From positions 57,580 to 121,579 of the forward strand of contig DIXO01000001.1 in the NCBI GenBank assembly GCA_002428735.1: 64,000 nucleotides of DNA, written 5' to 3'. Made by a program: the position numbers and the translations under genes. This document shows positions 1 to 12,164 of the stretch, piece by piece. The notes under the pieces are model-generated. The model had not been told where the DNA came from, ran no database searches, and was given only the letters and a program-made list of their open reading frames with translations. Source of the stretch: Syntrophaceae bacterium UBA6078 (lineage in GTDB: Bacteria > Desulfobacterota > Syntrophia > Syntrophales > UBA2210). The number at the start of each line of letters is the position of its first letter. Position 1 is the stretch's first letter.

Positions 1-253
1 GCTCCTTGTACCTCACCCGCACCCCGGTATTGCACTTGCTGCACACCAGCATGACGTTGGATACATGCAGAGGGGATTCCTTTTCTACGATGCCGCCCTT
101 CCCTTTCGCGTCGGGGCGCTGATGCTTCTTCATCAGATTGATCTTCTCAATCAAAACGCGGTTTTTATCCTTGGTTACCCCGAGAACTTTCCCGGTTTTC
201 CCCTTCTCTCTGCCGGCGATTACCTTCACCGTATCGTTTTTCTTGATATGCAT
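1..253 (-). CDS. rplX: 50S ribosomal protein L24, 5' part (gene runs off the left edge of the window)
   Basis: Not in ORF track because no stop lies in the window. My translation of the minus strand from ATG at 253..251 gives MHIKKNDTVKVIAGREKGKTGKVLGVTKDKNRVLIEKINLMKKHQRPDAKGKGGIVEKESPLHVSNVMLV..., a KOW-type L24 N-terminus. It lies directly downstream of rplN, as in spc operons. Confidence 0.85.
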   Translation of the reverse strand, partial: MHIKKNDTVKVIAGREKGKTGKVLGVTKDKNRVLIEKINLMKKHQRPDAKGKGGIVEKESPLHVSNVMLVCSKCNTGVRVRYKE

Positions 254-289
254 GCCATCTATCTCCCAAACAGTTACGATCCCTAACTG

Positions 290-658
290 TTATACAACCT
301 CCGGGGCAAGGGACACGATCTTCATAAACTGCTTCGCCCGCAGTTCCCTCGCAACAGGTCCGAATATGCGCGTACCGAGCGGCTCGTGTTGATCATTGAT
401 CAAAACGGCTGAGTTTTCGTCAAACTTGAGGTAAGAACCGTCGCTGCGGCCGATCTCCCGCCGTGTTCTCACGACGACGGCCTTCAGGACATCTCCCTTC
501 TTTACCTTCGAATTGGGGATCGCCTCCTTGACCGACACGACAATCACATCCCCCACACGGGCGTACCGTCTGCGTGAACCGCCAAGAACCTTCACGCAAC
601 AGACTGTCTTGGCCCCGGAATTATCAGCCACCGTTAAAAAGGTCTGCATCTGTATCAT
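290..658 (-). CDS. rplN: 50S ribosomal protein L14
   Basis: 122-aa ORF starting [17 protein letters not shown]..., the near-universal L14 sequence. Operon position fits. Confidence 0.97.
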   Translation of the reverse strand: MIQMQTFLTVADNSGAKTVCCVKVLGGSRRRYARVGDVIVVSVKEAIPNSKVKKGDVLKAVVVRTRREIGRSDGSYLKFDENSAVLINDQHEPLGTRIFGPVARELRAKQFMKIVSLAPEVV

Positions 659-685
659 AACACACTCTCCGTTACCGGAATCAGG

Positions 686-943
686 CTATTTTGCCTTCTC
701 CAGTATCTCGCACACTCTCCAGCGCTTTTCCTTGCTCAAGGGACGAGATTCCACAATCACTACCGTATCTCCCAGACCGCAGCTGTTGTCTTTATCGTGG
801 GCCTTGTATTTAGCATACTTCTTAATGTACTTGTGAAACTTGGGATGTTTGACCAGTCGCTCTGCCTGAACAACCACCGTCTTGTCCATCTTGTCGCTGA
901 CAACCATCCCTTGTATCGTCCTTTTGTTGCCCCTGGTATCCAT
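686..943 (-). CDS. rpsQ: 30S ribosomal protein S17
   Basis: 85-aa ORF containing ...[18 protein letters not shown]...HPKFHKY..., typical of S17. It lies between rpmC and rplN. Confidence 0.95.
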   Translation of the reverse strand: MDTRGNKRTIQGMVVSDKMDKTVVVQAERLVKHPKFHKYIKKYAKYKAHDKDNSCGLGDTVVIVESRPLSKEKRWRVCEILEKAK

Positions 944-945
944 AC

Positions 946-1146
946 TTAGCTCAGCGCCCCTCTTTCCCTTTCCCTGAGAACGGTTTTTACACGGGCCACA
1001 TTTCTCTTCACCTTCGCAATCATTGAAGAAGATTCCAGTTGCCCTGTGGCAAACCTGATACGAAGCCTGAAGATCTCCTCGGCAAAACCTCTCTCCTTTT
1101 CTTTCAGCTCATCAACGCTCAGATCTCTGATTTCCTTAATTTTCAT
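946..1146 (-). CDS. rpmC: 50S ribosomal protein L29
   Basis: The ORF track extends to 1200, but the conserved L29 N-terminus [18 protein letters not shown] begins at the ATG at 1146. That start overlaps the rplP stop by 11 nt. Confidence 0.9.
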   Translation of the reverse strand: MKIKEIRDLSVDELKEKERGFAEEIFRLRIRFATGQLESSSMIAKVKRNVARVKTVLRERERGALS

Positions 1147-1558
1147 CAAATATCTCCCTGGAAAGAACCTTCGTCGCCACGGGGAGTTTGTGCGCTGCAA
1201 GTCTCAACGCCTCACGGGCAACGTGTTCCGGAACTCCCTCCATTTCATAGAGAATTGTACCTTTTTTGACAACGGCAACCCATTCCTCGGGAGTTCCCTT
1301 TCCTTTCCCCATACGGGTTTCCGCCGGTTTTTTCGTGACCGACTTGTGGGGAAAGATGCGGATCCATATCTTGCCGCCACGTTTCACGTGCCGGGTTATG
1401 GCGACACGGGCCGATTCGATCTGCCGTGCCGTTATGCGACCGCTCTCCGTTGCCTGCAGGCCGTATTCGCCGAAATCCACCGTGAGCCCCTTATGGGCGG
1501 CACCTTTGATGCGCCCTTTCTGGATTTTTCTGTATTTTACCCTTTTTGGTGCTAGCAT
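1136..1558 (-). CDS. rplP: 50S ribosomal protein L16
   Basis: 140-aa ORF starting [19 protein letters not shown]..., the canonical L16 N-terminus. Confidence 0.97.
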   Translation of the reverse strand: MLAPKRVKYRKIQKGRIKGAAHKGLTVDFGEYGLQATESGRITARQIESARVAITRHVKRGGKIWIRIFPHKSVTKKPAETRMGKGKGTPEEWVAVVKKGTILYEMEGVPEHVAREALRLAAHKLPVATKVLSREIFDEN

Positions 1559-1565
1559 AATGACC

Positions 1566-2222
1566 CTATCCCTGCGAGCCTTTCATGTCCTTCCTGTCCG
1601 GCAGGATCTCCCCGTTGAATATCAAGACCTTGACACCTATGATCCCATAAGTGGTTTTCGCTTCTGCAAACCCGTAGTCGATGTCAGCCCGCAACGTGTG
1701 AAGCGGAACCCGCCCTTCCCGATACCACTCTCTTCTCGCCATTTCGGCCCCGCCTAACCGTCCCGCACACGCCACTCTGATTCCCTGAACGCCAAACTTG
1801 AGGGCCGTGGTCACGCTTCTCTTCATGGCCCTCCGGAAAGCAACCCTCCGTACCAGCTGGAGAGCGATATTCTCGGCCACAAGCTGAGCATCCGTTTCCG
1901 GCTTGCGTACCTCCAGTATATTGATGATGATCTCCCCCGTCATGATCTTTTCGAGATCTTTCTTTACCTTCTCAATTTCGGTCCCTTTCCTGCCGATAAT
2001 GATTCCCGGCCGGGCTGTATATATGTTCACCTTCGCCTTATCCGAAGCCCGTTCAATCTCTATCCTGGATATCCCGGCATGGAAAAACTTCTCCTTGAGG
2101 TGTTTTCTGACCCGTATATCTTCATGGAGCAGTTCACTGTAGTTGCGCTCAGAGAACCATCGAGAGTTCCATGTCTTATTGATGCCCAGCCTGAACCCAA
2201 TGGGATTTACCTTTTGCCCCAA
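1566..2222 (-). CDS. rpsC: 30S ribosomal protein S3
   Basis: The ORF track starts at 2255. The conserved S3 N-terminus (M)[12 protein letters not shown] begins at the TTG at 2222, which is preceded by GGAGGTG 5 nt upstream and avoids overlap with rplV. Confidence 0.93.
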   Translation of the reverse strand: MGQKVNPIGFRLGINKTWNSRWFSERNYSELLHEDIRVRKHLKEKFFHAGISRIEIERASDKAKVNIYTARPGIIIGRKGTEIEKVKKDLEKIMTGEIIINILEVRKPETDAQLVAENIALQLVRRVAFRRAMKRSVTTALKFGVQGIRVACAGRLGGAEMARREWYREGRVPLHTLRADIDYGFAEAKTTYGIIGVKVLIFNGEILPDRKDMKGSQG

Positions 2223-2241
2223 ACCTACACCTCCCCGGAGA

Positions 2242-2574
2242 TTACCTTTCAGCAAGTATGACCGTTATATGGCTCGTTCTTTTCTTTATGGCCGCCGCTC
2301 TTCCCTGTGCACGCGCCCTCCATCTCTTCAGCGAGGGTCCCTGATCTACAAATACCTCTCGCACGTACAGAACATTCTCATCAATATTGGGATTCTGGGC
2401 TGCGTTAGCCATAGCGGATTTCAAGACTTTCCTGACGATCCGGGCGGCCTTCTTATCGGTGAACCCAAGCTTTGCGTCCGCCTCCTCAACCTTTTTCCCT
2501 CGAATCAGATCGACCACCAACTGCGCCTTCTGTGGCGATATCCGAACATATTTCACAACCGCTTTTGCTTCCAT
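2242..2574 (-). CDS. rplV: 50S ribosomal protein L22
   Basis: 110-aa ORF starting [27 protein letters not shown]..., typical of L22. Confidence 0.95.
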   Translation of the reverse strand: MEAKAVVKYVRISPQKAQLVVDLIRGKKVEEADAKLGFTDKKAARIVRKVLKSAMANAAQNPNIDENVLYVREVFVDQGPSLKRWRARAQGRAAAIKKRTSHITVILAER

Positions 2575-2592
2575 GTATCACAAAACCCCAAG

Positions 2593-2877
2593 CTATCTCT
2601 TTTTCAGCTTTGTTTTCCTGTCACCCGCATGGCTGTAAAAGGTCCTCGTTGGCGCAAATTCTCCCAGTTTGTGTCCAACCATATCCTCTGTCACATACAC
2701 GGGAATGAATTTCTTCCCATTATGCACCGCAAACGTATGGCCGACAAGTTCCGGAGCAACCATGGAACGACGGGACCATGTTTTTATTACCGCCCGGCCT
2801 CCCCCAGCCTCCGCGGCCCGAACCTTTTTCAGCAGTTTTTCACTGACATAAGGGCCTTTTCTTATTGAGCGCGCCAC
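2593..2877 (-). CDS. rpsS: 30S ribosomal protein S19
   Basis: 94-aa ORF with [11 protein letters not shown]...[27 protein letters not shown], typical of S19. Confidence 0.97.
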   Translation of the reverse strand: MARSIRKGPYVSEKLLKKVRAAEAGGGRAVIKTWSRRSMVAPELVGHTFAVHNGKKFIPVYVTEDMVGHKLGEFAPTRTFYSHAGDRKTKLKKR

Positions 2878-2880
2878 CTT

Positions 2881-3702
2881 CTACCCTCTCTTCTTCACAA
2901 TATATTTATCAGAATTCTTGTTCTTCCTGGTTTTATATCCTTTGGTAGGAATCCCCCAGGGGGTACAGGGGTGCCTTCCTCCGGACGATTTACCTTCCCC
3001 GCCACCCATGGGATGATCAACGGGATTCATCGCCACTCCCCTGACCTTGGGTCTCTTGCCCAGCCACCGTGAACGACCTGCCTTTCCGATACTGACATTC
3101 TCGTGATCGACGTTCCCGAGCTGACCCATGGTCGCCTTGCATTCCATGAGGACCTTCCGAACCTCTCCGGAAGGAAGGCGGACCTGCGCGTAGGATCCCT
3201 CCTTTGCCATCAACTGGCCGTAGGAACCCGCGCTCCTGATCATCTGCCCCCCCTTACCCATCTTCAGTTCAAGGTTATGAATCAGAGAACCCAACGGTAT
3301 ATTTTTCAGGGGGCTTGCGTTCCCTGTTTTGATATCGACCTTCTCGCCGCTGACGATCGTATCCCCTACCTCAAGTCCCAGGGGGGCGAGTATGTACCGC
3401 TTCTCCCCATCCACATAATGAAGCAGGGCTATGCGTGACGAGCGATTCGGGTCATATTCAATAGCCGCGACCCTGGCGGGGATATCCATCTTTTCGCGCC
3501 GAAAATCAACAGCCCTGAATTTCCTCTTGTGTCCGCCCCCGATATGTCTGCTCGTCATGCGACCCCGGTTGTTTCTTCCGCCGGTTCTCTTGAGCGGCTT
3601 TACAAGAGACTTCTCAGGCTCGCTTCTTGTTATCTCCTCGAAGGTGAATCCTGTCTGGGCTCTTCTTCCCGGAGATGTCGGCTTGTATGTCTTGAGTGCC
3701 AT
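2881..3702 (-). CDS. rplB: 50S ribosomal protein L2
   Basis: 273-aa ORF with [14 protein letters not shown]...[16 protein letters not shown], typical of L2. Confidence 0.97.
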   Translation of the reverse strand: MALKTYKPTSPGRRAQTGFTFEEITRSEPEKSLVKPLKRTGGRNNRGRMTSRHIGGGHKRKFRAVDFRREKMDIPARVAAIEYDPNRSSRIALLHYVDGEKRYILAPLGLEVGDTIVSGEKVDIKTGNASPLKNIPLGSLIHNLELKMGKGGQMIRSAGSYGQLMAKEGSYAQVRLPSGEVRKVLMECKATMGQLGNVDHENVSIGKAGRSRWLGKRPKVRGVAMNPVDHPMGGGEGKSSGGRHPCTPWGIPTKGYKTRKNKNSDKYIVKKRG

Positions 3703-3724
3703 ATTCCTCTACAATCCCTTCTGC

Positions 3725-4012
3725 CTACACTCCCTCATGAACTTCGATTGAACCGCCCGGAGCGAGGGTAACCACGGCCTTTTTCCAGTTCCGTCTCCTG
3801 CCGACAACCCTCCCCACTCTCTTCTTCTTGCCGGACACGTTTACGGTATGGACATTCAACACGGTAACTTTGAATATCTTTTCTACGGCATTGCGGATAT
3901 CTATCTTCGTCGCCCCTCGATCCACCTCGAAGAGATACTTGTTCTCTTCGTCTCTGGCAACCGTGCTTTTTTCCGTCACCACCGGCTTCTTTATGATGGA
4001 GTATATGTTCAT
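3725..4012 (-). CDS. rplW: 50S ribosomal protein L23
   Basis: 95-aa ORF with ...[11 protein letters not shown]...[20 protein letters not shown], typical of L23. Its start overlaps the rplD stop. Confidence 0.95.
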   Translation of the reverse strand: MNIYSIIKKPVVTEKSTVARDEENKYLFEVDRGATKIDIRNAVEKIFKVTVLNVHTVNVSGKKKRVGRVVGRRRNWKKAVVTLAPGGSIEVHEGV

Positions 4013-4635
4013 TATGACTGTAACGCCCCTTCTATCTTTTTCACGGAGGGCTCCAGAAGCACGAGGGTGTCATATCTCAGAAGATCAAACACGTTGATGC
4101 CCTCTGATCGCATCATCTTCACAGACTTTATATTCCGGGAAGATTTTTCCAGCATGGTATTTTTCTCATCCAGAACAAAGAGGGTGGTGCCAAGCGCAAA
4201 CCGGTCCAGAACTTCCTGAAATCTCTTCGTCTTTATTTCATCCATCGGAAAATCTCTGAGGATGATGACCCTGTCTTCCTTGACTTTTAAACTCAGGGCG
4301 GACTTCAGCGCGGCCCTTCGCACCTTCTTGGGAACCGCGTAGGAATAGTCCCGCGGATGCGGTCCGAACACAGTCCCTCCGCCTCGCCAGAGAGGCGATC
4401 GGGATGTGCCGGCCCTCGCCCTTCCCGTTCCCTTCTGGCGCCATGGTTTCTTCCCTCCGCCGCTCACATCACTTCTGGTTTTGGTGGAAGCGGTGCCCTG
4501 ACGCCTGGACGCAAGCTGCATCCTCACTACCTCATACAGGATATGCTCATTCACTTCGGCGCCGAATACCTGGTCATTCAGATCAATCTCGGCCACCTTG
4601 GTTTTTTCTATATCGTACACATTCAGAACCGGCAT
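4012..4635 (-). CDS. rplD: 50S ribosomal protein L4
   Basis: 207-aa ORF containing ...[30 protein letters not shown]..., the L4 signature. Confidence 0.95.
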   Translation of the reverse strand: MPVLNVYDIEKTKVAEIDLNDQVFGAEVNEHILYEVVRMQLASRRQGTASTKTRSDVSGGGKKPWRQKGTGRARAGTSRSPLWRGGGTVFGPHPRDYSYAVPKKVRRAALKSALSLKVKEDRVIILRDFPMDEIKTKRFQEVLDRFALGTTLFVLDEKNTMLEKSSRNIKSVKMMRSEGINVFDLLRYDTLVLLEPSVKKIEGALQS

Positions 4636-4649
4636 TTTTGCAATCTACC

Positions 4650-5282
4650 TTATATTTTAATAGAATCCTTGATCAAAACGATACCGTTTGTACTGCTGGG
4701 GACTGATCCCTTCACCAGAATGATGTTTTTCTCCGGTCTGATACTGACTACCATCAGGTTTTGAACGGTCTGACGGCGGTTACCCATATGTCCCGGCAGT
4801 CTTTTCCCTTTGAACACTCTGGACGGCCACGCGCTGGACCCGATCGAACCGGGAGCCCGGTGAAACATGGAACCATGGGTGGCCCTGCCGCCTTTGAATC
4901 CGTGCCTTTTGACCACACCCGCGAAACCCCGTCCCTTGGTGGTTCCAACCACGTCAATGTAGTCGCCAACCGTGAAGATATCTGCCGTGAGTTCCGCACC
5001 AACCTCGTAATTATTCGCAGATTCCAGTTTAAACTCCCTGAGAATTCTGAAACAGCCCTTATCGGCTTTTTCAAAATGCCCCCTCAGGGGTTTAGTGACG
5101 GTCTTCTCTTTTACCCGATCGAATCCGAGCTGGATGGCATCATAGCCATCGATATCCGCGGTCTTCTTCTGTATGACAACACAGGGCCCCGCCTCGATAG
5201 CGGTAACGGGGATCACAGAACCGTCGTCCCAGAACATCTGGGTCATGCCCAGCTTTTTTCCTATCAGTCCTTTTTTCATCAC
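4650..5282 (-). CDS. rplC: 50S ribosomal protein L3
   Basis: 210-aa ORF with [15 protein letters not shown]...[17 protein letters not shown], typical of L3. Confidence 0.95.
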   Translation of the reverse strand: MMKKGLIGKKLGMTQMFWDDGSVIPVTAIEAGPCVVIQKKTADIDGYDAIQLGFDRVKEKTVTKPLRGHFEKADKGCFRILREFKLESANNYEVGAELTADIFTVGDYIDVVGTTKGRGFAGVVKRHGFKGGRATHGSMFHRAPGSIGSSAWPSRVFKGKRLPGHMGNRRQTVQNLMVVSIRPEKNIILVKGSVPSSTNGIVLIKDSIKI

Positions 5283-5363
5283 ACCTACGGCTTTCCATCC
5301 ATCATTCTGACAAAAAAGGAGGAGATGAAACCTGAGCGATCATCTCCTCACTCTCGGTCAAAC

Positions 5364-5672
5364 CTATAATTTTATCTCTACATCGACACCGGCGGAGAGA
5401 TCAAGTTTCATCAATGTATCGACGGTAGACTGCGTCGGCTCAACAATATCGATAAGTCTTTTGTGCGTCCGTATCTCAAACTGCTCTCTGGATTTCTTAT
5501 CCACGTTGGGAGATCTGTTCACGCAATATTTATTGATCACCGTCGGAAGAGGAATCGGACCCGCGACTCGCGCGCCGGTCCTCTTCGCAGCTTCAACGAT
5601 ATCCTGTGCCGACCTGTCAAGGAGCTTATAATCGTAAGCCTTGAGACGAATCCGTATCTTCTGATTTTCCAT
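5364..5672 (-). CDS. rpsJ: 30S ribosomal protein S10
   Basis: 102-aa ORF with [14 protein letters not shown]...GPIPLPT, typical of S10. Confidence 0.97.
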   Translation of the reverse strand: MENQKIRIRLKAYDYKLLDRSAQDIVEAAKRTGARVAGPIPLPTVINKYCVNRSPNVDKKSREQFEIRTHKRLIDIVEPTQSTVDTLMKLDLSAGVDVEIKL

Positions 5673-5695
5673 TGAACCCTTTACCCGTCAAGGAA

Positions 5696-6889
5696 CTATT
5701 CTATAATTTCGCTGACGACGCCTGCCCCGACAGTTCTGCCTCCCTCACGGATGGCGAATCTCAGCCTCTCTTCCATGGCGATAGGGGTTATCAGTTCCGC
5801 CACCATCTCCACATTATCACCGGGCATCACCATCTCTACCCCTTCGGGAAGGGTGGCGACCCCTGTCACGTCCGTTGTCCTGAAATAGAACTGCGGGCGA
5901 TATCCGTTGAAGAAGGGGGTATGTCTTCCACCCTCTTCCTTCGTGAGGACGTATACTTGGGCCTTGAATCTTGTATGGGGGGTAATGGAACCGGGTTTCG
6001 CCACAACCTGACCCCGCTCGACGTCTTCACGCTTTGTTCCCCTCAAAAGAACGCCGATATCATCCCCTGCCCTTCCCTCATCAAGGGTCTTGCGGAACAT
6101 CTCAACGCCGGTGCACACGGTTTTGAAGGTCGGCCGGATCCCCACGATCTCCACCTCGTCGCCCGTCTTGACGATCCCTCTGTCAACCCGTCCGGTTACC
6201 ACGGTCCCGCGCCCGGAGATGGTAAAGACATCGCCAACCGGCATCAGGAAGGGTTTTTCGAGGTCCCGAACAGGCTCCGGGATATACGAATCAACGGCGT
6301 CCATGAGCTCCCAGATGCACTTCGCATCTTCAGAATTCGGATCATCACTCTCCAGCGCCTTCAGAGCCGAACCCCTGACAATCGGGAGATCATCACCGGG
6401 AAACTCGTAAGCCGTCAGCAGTTCTCTGAGCTCCAGCTCGACCAGGTCAAGAAGTTCCGGGTCATCAACCAGGTCAACCTTGTTCAGGAAGACCACAACA
6501 TACGGCACCTGCACCTGGCGGGCGAGAAGTATGTGCTCTCTCGTCTGCGGCATGGGGCCGTCCGAGGCGGCAACCACGAGGATGGCTCCATCCATGTGGG
6601 CGGCACCCGATATCATATTCTTGATATAGTCGGCATGGCCGGGGCAATCGACATGGGCATAGTGCCTCTTGTCGGTCTGGTATTCGACGTGCGCGATATT
6701 TATGGTAACACCCCGTTCCTTTTCCTCGGGGGCGCTATCAATCGAATCAAAGGGCATGAATTCGGCCAGACCCTTGGAGGCCAGGTGTTTCGTTATAGCT
6801 GCAGTCAATGTGGTCTTCCCGTGATCCACATGCCCGATTGTTCCGACATTTAAATGCGGCTTAGTCCTTTCAAATTTCTTCTTTGCCAT
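5696..6889 (-). CDS. tuf: Elongation factor Tu
   Basis: Contains [18 protein letters not shown] and NKVD GTPase motifs and aligns full length as EF-Tu. The likely start is the ATG at 6889 ([12 protein letters not shown]), two codons inside the track ORF. Confidence 0.97.
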   Translation of the reverse strand: MAKKKFERTKPHLNVGTIGHVDHGKTTLTAAITKHLASKGLAEFMPFDSIDSAPEEKERGVTINIAHVEYQTDKRHYAHVDCPGHADYIKNMISGAAHMDGAILVVAASDGPMPQTREHILLARQVQVPYVVVFLNKVDLVDDPELLDLVELELRELLTAYEFPGDDLPIVRGSALKALESDDPNSEDAKCIWELMDAVDSYIPEPVRDLEKPFLMPVGDVFTISGRGTVVTGRVDRGIVKTGDEVEIVGIRPTFKTVCTGVEMFRKTLDEGRAGDDIGVLLRGTKREDVERGQVVAKPGSITPHTRFKAQVYVLTKEEGGRHTPFFNGYRPQFYFRTTDVTGVATLPEGVEMVMPGDNVEMVAELITPIAMEERLRFAIREGGRTVGAGVVSEIIE

Positions 6890-7027
6890 AACCATTACCT
6901 CCCTTATTTAAAAATGGTCACCTGATTTTTTACCAACCAGCGTTCTCGTCAACTCCCATGCGACATCCCGTTTCAGCGTACCCTCAACAGAAATCACACT
7001 TCGAAGGCAGCTTCTGAAACCAACCCC

Positions 7028-7498
7028 TCAAAATCTATAGTGGGCAAAGGCCTTGTTGGCTTCGGCCATCTTATGAGTGTCTTCCCTCTTCTTCACAGAG
7101 GCCCCTCTCCCCGAAGCCGCATCCATCAATTCGGCCGCCAACTTCTCCTTCATGCTTTTGCCGACCCGGGACTGGGCGTTCCCGATGAGCCACCTGATCG
7201 CAAGGGCCGTTCTTCTCCCCGGCGCGACCTCTGTGGGAACCTGATAGGTAGCGCCACCAATCCGCCTTGATTTAACCTCGAGAACAGGCCTCACGTTGTC
7301 CATCGCCTTTTCAAATACTTCGAGGGGCGATCCTTTCGTCTTATCCTCTACAATGTCAAAAGCGCCATAGAGTATGGACTCGGCAACGCTCTTTTTTCCT
7401 CTTTTCAGCAGATTGTTGACAAACCGCGCCACAAGGGGGCTGTTGTACTTGGGATCTGCCAGTATCTTTCTCTTTGCAATTTCTCTTCTGCGCGGCAT
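7028..7498 (-). CDS. rpsG: 30S ribosomal protein S7
   Basis: 156-aa ORF starting [20 protein letters not shown]..., typical of S7. Confidence 0.97.
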   Translation of the reverse strand: MPRRREIAKRKILADPKYNSPLVARFVNNLLKRGKKSVAESILYGAFDIVEDKTKGSPLEVFEKAMDNVRPVLEVKSRRIGGATYQVPTEVAPGRRTALAIRWLIGNAQSRVGKSMKEKLAAELMDAASGRGASVKKREDTHKMAEANKAFAHYRF

Positions 7499-7512
7499 AT
7501 CGCTATTCCTGT

Positions 7513-7884
7513 CTACTTCGGTCTTTTGGAGCCGTATTTCGACCGTCCCTGTTTCCTGTCCTGTACCCCCACCGCATCGAGTGATCCCCGCACGATATGA
7601 TAGCGGACTCCGGGAAGATCCTTGACCCTTCCCCCCCGCACAAGGACAACCGAGTGCTCCTGGAGATTATGTCCCACTCCCGGTATGTATGATGTAACCT
7701 CATACCCACTGGTAAGGCGAACCCTGGCAACCTTCCTCAAGGCGGAATTCGGCTTCTTGGGGGTCGTCGTATAGACCCTCACACAGACCCCTCTCCGTTG
7801 AGGACAACTGGCAAGGGCAGGAGCTGAGGTCTTCTTTTCCATCTTTGATCTGCCCTTTCGTATCAACTGGTTTATCGTAGGCAT
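7513..7884 (-). CDS. rpsL: 30S ribosomal protein S12
   Basis: 123-aa ORF with [12 protein letters not shown]...[17 protein letters not shown], typical of S12. Confidence 0.97.
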   Translation of the reverse strand: MPTINQLIRKGRSKMEKKTSAPALASCPQRRGVCVRVYTTTPKKPNSALRKVARVRLTSGYEVTSYIPGVGHNLQEHSVVLVRGGRVKDLPGVRYHIVRGSLDAVGVQDRKQGRSKYGSKRPK

Positions 7885-7959
7885 CCTTCCTCCACAATCC
7901 CTCCCGCTCTCTCTTACACAAAACGCCGCATCTTCCCCGCAGCAAAGTAGCGACTTGTA

Positions 7960-10900
7960 TCAATTCACGACTTGACTGTCAAGGGTTTTCTCCATCTTCT
8001 CGTCAATTATTTCCTGATTTTCGGGGATCAGTTTTTCGGTTTCGACAGCGATCCCCAGCTTTTTATACAGGGGAAGCCCCGTACCGGCGGGAACCAGCCG
8101 TCCCATAATGACATTTTCCTTGAGACCGCGCAGGCAATCCACCTTTCCGGACAGCGCGGCTTCAGTAAGCACGCGGGTTGTCTCCTGGAAGGACGCCGCG
8201 GATATAAAGCTGTCCGTGTGAAGCGACGCCTTGGTGATCCCCATGAGCACGGGGACAGCAATGGCCGGCTTTCCTCCCCGTTTCATTGCTTCCTCATTTT
8301 CCTCTTCAAAGGTGTTTTTATCAACCTGCTCATCCGCAAGGAACGAAGTGTCGCCGGAATCGGTGACCCGCACCTTTCGGAGCATCTGACGCACGATAAT
8401 CTCTATATGCTTGTCATTGATCTTGACCCCCTGCAGGCGGTATACCTCCTGCACCTGATCGACCAGATACCGCGCCAGTTCTTTCTCGCCTTTGATCGTC
8501 AGGATATCATGGGGGTTGCTCGATCCATCCATCAGGGCCTGGCCCGCTACCACCCTGTCGCCCTCCTGAACGCTGATATAGCGCCCTCTGGCAATCAGAT
8601 ATTCCTTGGAATCTCCCACCTCGGGAGTCACGACAATCTTTCTCTTCCCTTTGGCGTCTTCTCCGTAGGATATTTCGCCGTCTATCTCGGCTATCACGGC
8701 AAACTCCTTCGGCTTTCGCGCCTCAAAGAGCTCCGCCACACGGGGCAGACCTCCGGTGATGTCCTTTGTTTTCGTCGTCTCCCGGGGAATTCGCGCTATG
8801 ATATCCCCCGCTCTGACGACATCGCCCTCGGAAGCACTGATATTAGCCCCCACGGGCAAGAGATGTCGTGCAATTCCATGGGTTCCCGGGATCCGGGCCG
8901 TCTTTCCGTCTTTGTCCTTGATCGAGATCCGGGGCCGCAGATCGGCTGCCCGGTATTCGACAATAACCTTTCTTGAAAGACCGGTAACCTCGTCAACCTG
9001 TTCCTGCATGGTCTTTCCTTCGATAATATCTCCGAACTTTACCGTACCGTCAACTTCGGAAAGAATCGGAATCGAATAGGGATCCCACTGGGCAATCAGG
9101 GCTCCCGCCTTGACCTCCTCCCCCTCAGGCACCCGCAGGTATGCCCCATAGGGAACCGTGTATTTGCCGCGGTTTCTCCCTTCCTGATCCAGGACATGAA
9201 CCTCGCCGCTTCTGCTCATCACGACGGCTCCGCCGTCTCTCCCGGCAGCCAGATTGAGGTTTACGAACTTGAGTATACCGTCATGCCGCGCTTCCAGAGT
9301 GGAGTGCTCCTCAAATTTGGCTGTACCGCCGATATGGAATGTTCTCATGGTCAGCTGAGTTCCCGGTTCGCCGATGGACTGCGCCGCAATGATGCCGACG
9401 GCCTCACCGATGTTGACCAGATGACCATGCGCCAGGTCCCGTCCATAGCACAGAGCGCACACGCCATGTTTTGATTTGCAGGTAAGGGCCGATCGGATGA
9501 GAACCTTGCTCAGCCCGGCCTTGTCGATCTTCTCCGCAAGCGCCTCGTCGATCTCCTGATTTGCCTTCACCAGGATCTCCCCGGTAAAGGGATCCTCAAT
9601 ATCCTCCAAGGCCACTCTTCCCAGGACACGCTCACCCGCCGTTTCTATGATTTCCCCCCCTTCGACCAGGGCGGACACATAGATTCCGTCAAGGGTGCCG
9701 CAATCCATCTCCATAATGACGCTGTCCTGAGCCACATCGACCAGTCTCCTGGTCAGATATCCGGAATTTGCCGTCTTGAGGGCGGTGTCGGCGAGGCCCT
9801 TCCGCGCGCCGTGCGTAGAGATAAAATACTCGAGAACGGTCAAGCCTTCCCTGAAATTGGCGGTGATGGGCGTCTCAATAATCTCCCCCGAAGGCTTTGC
9901 CATGAGTCCCCTCATGCCGGCGAGCTGCCGTGTCTGGGCGGCGCTGCCCCTGGCTCCTGAATCGGCCATCATGTAGATCGAGTTGAAGCTCTCAACCTGT
10001 ACCTTCTGTCCGTCGGGACCATCCAGTTCCTCTGTTCCGATATTACGCAGCATGTCGTTGGCCACCTTTTCCGTGGCATGCGCCCAGATATCGATGACCT
10101 TGTTATACCGCTCACCGTCGGTGATCAGGCCGTCCATATACTGCTTCTGTATGTCGATAACATCCTTCTGAGCTCTGCCGACGGTGTCGTCCTTGCTCTC
10201 CGGAATGGCGAGGTCACCGATGGCTATCGACAGGCCTGAGAGGGTGGCATACTTGTAGCCGAGATCCTTCAGCCGGTCGGCAAGGATGACCGTTGTCTTT
10301 GCCCCGGTCGTGCGGTAGCAGTAATCGATCAGGTTGGCTATTTCCTTCTTGTTAATCACCTTGTTGATAAAGGCGAAGGGTATGACATCGGGGATAATCT
10401 CATACAGGAGTATCCTGCCGACGGTCGTGTCAACCAGTCCGCCATCCATGCGAACCTGTATTCGCGCGTGGAGGTCAACCGCCCCTGCGTCATAGGCGCT
10501 CCTCACCTCATCGGGCTGGGAGAAGATCATTCCCTCTCCCTTGACGAATTCGCGCGATCGGGTCATGTAATATATGCCGAGAACCATGTCCTGGCTGGGC
10601 ACGATAATGGGTTTCCCGTTTGCCGGTGAGAGAATGTTATTGGTAGACATCATGAGGCATCGCGCCTCGACCTGCGCCTCAACCGACAGAGGCACATGAA
10701 CCGCCATCTGATCACCGTCAAAGTCCGCATTGAATGCCGCGCACACCAGGGGATGGAGCTGCAGCGCCTTCCCTTCGATAAGGACGGGTTCGAAGGCCTG
10801 AATACCGAGCCGATGGAGGGTCGGAGCCCGGTTCAGCATGACGGGGTATTCACGGACAACCTCGTCCAGGGCGTCCCATACCTCCGGGCCCTCTTTCTCA

Positions 10901-12105
10901 ACCATCTTCTTCGCGCTCTTGACGGTCGTCACGTATCCCTTTTCCTCAAGCCGGTTGTAGATAAACGGTTTGAACAGCTCCAGGGCCATCTTCTTGGGAA
11001 GTCCGCACTGGTGCAGCCTGAGATCGGGTCCCACCGTGATCACGGACCGTCCGGAATAGTCGACCCTCTTGCCGAGGAGATTCTGCCTGAACCGCCCCTG
11101 CTTTCCCTTGAGCATGTCGGACAGAGATTTCAGGGGGCGCTTGTTCGAACCGGTGACCGCACGGCCGCGCCTCCCGTTGTCGAAGAGGCAGTCCACCGCT
11201 TCCTGGAGCATCCGCTTCTCATTCCGTATGATGATCTCGGGGGCATTGAGCTCCAGAAGACGTTTCAAACGGTTGTTCCGGTTGATGACCCGCCGGTAGA
11301 GATCATTGAGATCTGAGGTGGCGAAACGCCCGCCATCCAAGGGAACCAGCGGCCTCAGGTCAGGGGGGATAACCGGGAGCACCGTCAGGATCATCCATTC
11401 CGGCCTGTTTCCCGATTTTCTCAGCGTTTCGACAACTTTCAGTCGTTTCGCGACCTTCGTCTTCTTCGTAACCGACGTTGACTCCCCGAGTTCGACCCGG
11501 AGTTCGCTGTCCAGTTCGTCGAGTTTGATTTCTTCCAGAAGCTTTCTGACGGCTTCGGCGCCTATACCCGCTTCAAAGGCGTTCTCTCCGTATTCATCCA
11601 GCAGTTCCAGATACCGGTCTTCGGAAAGAAGCTCCTTTTTCTGCAGAGGGGTATTTTTCGGGTCGACGACGATCCACGACTCAAAATATAACACCCTCTC
11701 CAACTCCTTCAGGGTCAGGTCCAGGACATTCCCGATCCTGCTGGGAAGGCTCTTGAGAAACCAGATATGCGCTACCGGCGATGCCAGGATGATATGCCCC
11801 ATCCTCTCCCTGCGGACCTTTGACTGAATGACTTCAACCCCGCATTTTTCGCACACCATTCCCCGGTGTTTCATTCTCTTGTACCGGCCGCAGAGGCATT
11901 CATAATCCTTGACCGGCCCGAAGATCTTCGCACAGAACAGGCCGTCCCTCTCAGGCTTGAATGTCCGGTAATTGATCGTCTCTGACTTTTTGACCTCGCC
12001 GCGAGACCACGAGATTATCGTTTCCGGCGAGGCCAGCGACACCTTAATGGCGTTGAACCGCACCGGATCCTTCGGCTTCTCGAAAAAACCATAAATATCT
12101 TCCAC
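7960..12105 (-). CDS. rpoC: DNA-directed RNA polymerase subunit beta'
   Basis: 1381-aa ORF with the catalytic [15 protein letters not shown] motif and Zn-binding CxC...CxxC near the N-terminus. Confidence 0.98.
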   Translation of the reverse strand: MEDIYGFFEKPKDPVRFNAIKVSLASPETIISWSRGEVKKSETINYRTFKPERDGLFCAKIFGPVKDYECLCGRYKRMKHRGMVCEKCGVEVIQSKVRRERMGHIILASPVAHIWFLKSLPSRIGNVLDLTLKELERVLYFESWIVVDPKNTPLQKKELLSEDRYLELLDEYGENAFEAGIGAEAVRKLLEEIKLDELDSELRVELGESTSVTKKTKVAKRLKVVETLRKSGNRPEWMILTVLPVIPPDLRPLVPLDGGRFATSDLNDLYRRVINRNNRLKRLLELNAPEIIIRNEKRMLQEAVDCLFDNGRRGRAVTGSNKRPLKSLSDMLKGKQGRFRQNLLGKRVDYSGRSVITVGPDLRLHQCGLPKKMALELFKPFIYNRLEEKGYVTTVKSAKKMVEKEGPEVWDALDEVVREYPVMLNRAPTLHRLGIQAFEPVLIEGKALQLHPLVCAAFNADFDGDQMAVHVPLSVEAQVEARCLMMSTNNILSPANGKPIIVPSQDMVLGIYYMTRSREFVKGEGMIFSQPDEVRSAYDAGAVDLHARIQVRMDGGLVDTTVGRILLYEIIPDVIPFAFINKVINKKEIANLIDYCYRTTGAKTTVILADRLKDLGYKYATLSGLSIAIGDLAIPESKDDTVGRAQKDVIDIQKQYMDGLITDGERYNKVIDIWAHATEKVANDMLRNIGTEELDGPDGQKVQVESFNSIYMMADSGARGSAAQTRQLAGMRGLMAKPSGEIIETPITANFREGLTVLEYFISTHGARKGLADTALKTANSGYLTRRLVDVAQDSVIMEMDCGTLDGIYVSALVEGGEIIETAGERVLGRVALEDIEDPFTGEILVKANQEIDEALAEKIDKAGLSKVLIRSALTCKSKHGVCALCYGRDLAHGHLVNIGEAVGIIAAQSIGEPGTQLTMRTFHIGGTAKFEEHSTLEARHDGILKFVNLNLAAGRDGGAVVMSRSGEVHVLDQEGRNRGKYTVPYGAYLRVPEGEEVKAGALIAQWDPYSIPILSEVDGTVKFGDIIEGKTMQEQVDEVTGLSRKVIVEYRAADLRPRISIKDKDGKTARIPGTHGIARHLLPVGANISASEGDVVRAGDIIARIPRETTKTKDITGGLPRVAELFEARKPKEFAVIAEIDGEISYGEDAKGKRKIVVTPEVGDSKEYLIARGRYISVQEGDRVVAGQALMDGSSNPHDILTIKGEKELARYLVDQVQEVYRLQGVKINDKHIEIIVRQMLRKVRVTDSGDTSFLADEQVDKNTFEEENEEAMKRGGKPAIAVPVLMGITKASLHTDSFISAASFQETTRVLTEAALSGKVDCLRGLKENVIMGRLVPAGTGLPLYKKLGIAVETEKLIPENQEIIDEKMEKTLDSQVVN

Positions 12106-12164
12106 TCGATACCACTCCCTTTGTTTTCTAACAGTTTGTGCGGAGGATCAGGGCATGCAGACCC

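Noticed and set aside
5672-6853. A 393-aa plus-strand ORF lies antisense to tuf. Similar long shadow ORFs lie antisense to other conserved genes: 7972-8976 opposite rpoC; 12138-13802 and 14226-15560 opposite rpoB; and 23856-25061 opposite KAS. Others are 29162-30100 opposite fabD, 32502-33506 and 57386-58354 opposite the two sigma-54 activators, 44184-45053 opposite fbp, and 47530-48642 opposite the acyl-CoA synthetase.
   Set aside because: Each lies exactly opposite a strongly conserved, motif-bearing gene. Their translations are Arg/Gly/Pro/His-rich low-complexity sequences with no recognisable motifs. This is the expected stop-codon-poor antisense frame of GC-rich coding DNA.
6896-7027. 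Possible internal tuf promoter (minus strand TTGACG at 6952-6947 with an A-rich -10 region) or an EF-G pseudogene remnant in the rpsG-tuf spacer.
   Set aside because: The -10 candidates (AAAAAT at 16-nt spacing, TAAAAA at 14-nt spacing) are poor. No frame of the 132 nt resembles EF-G.
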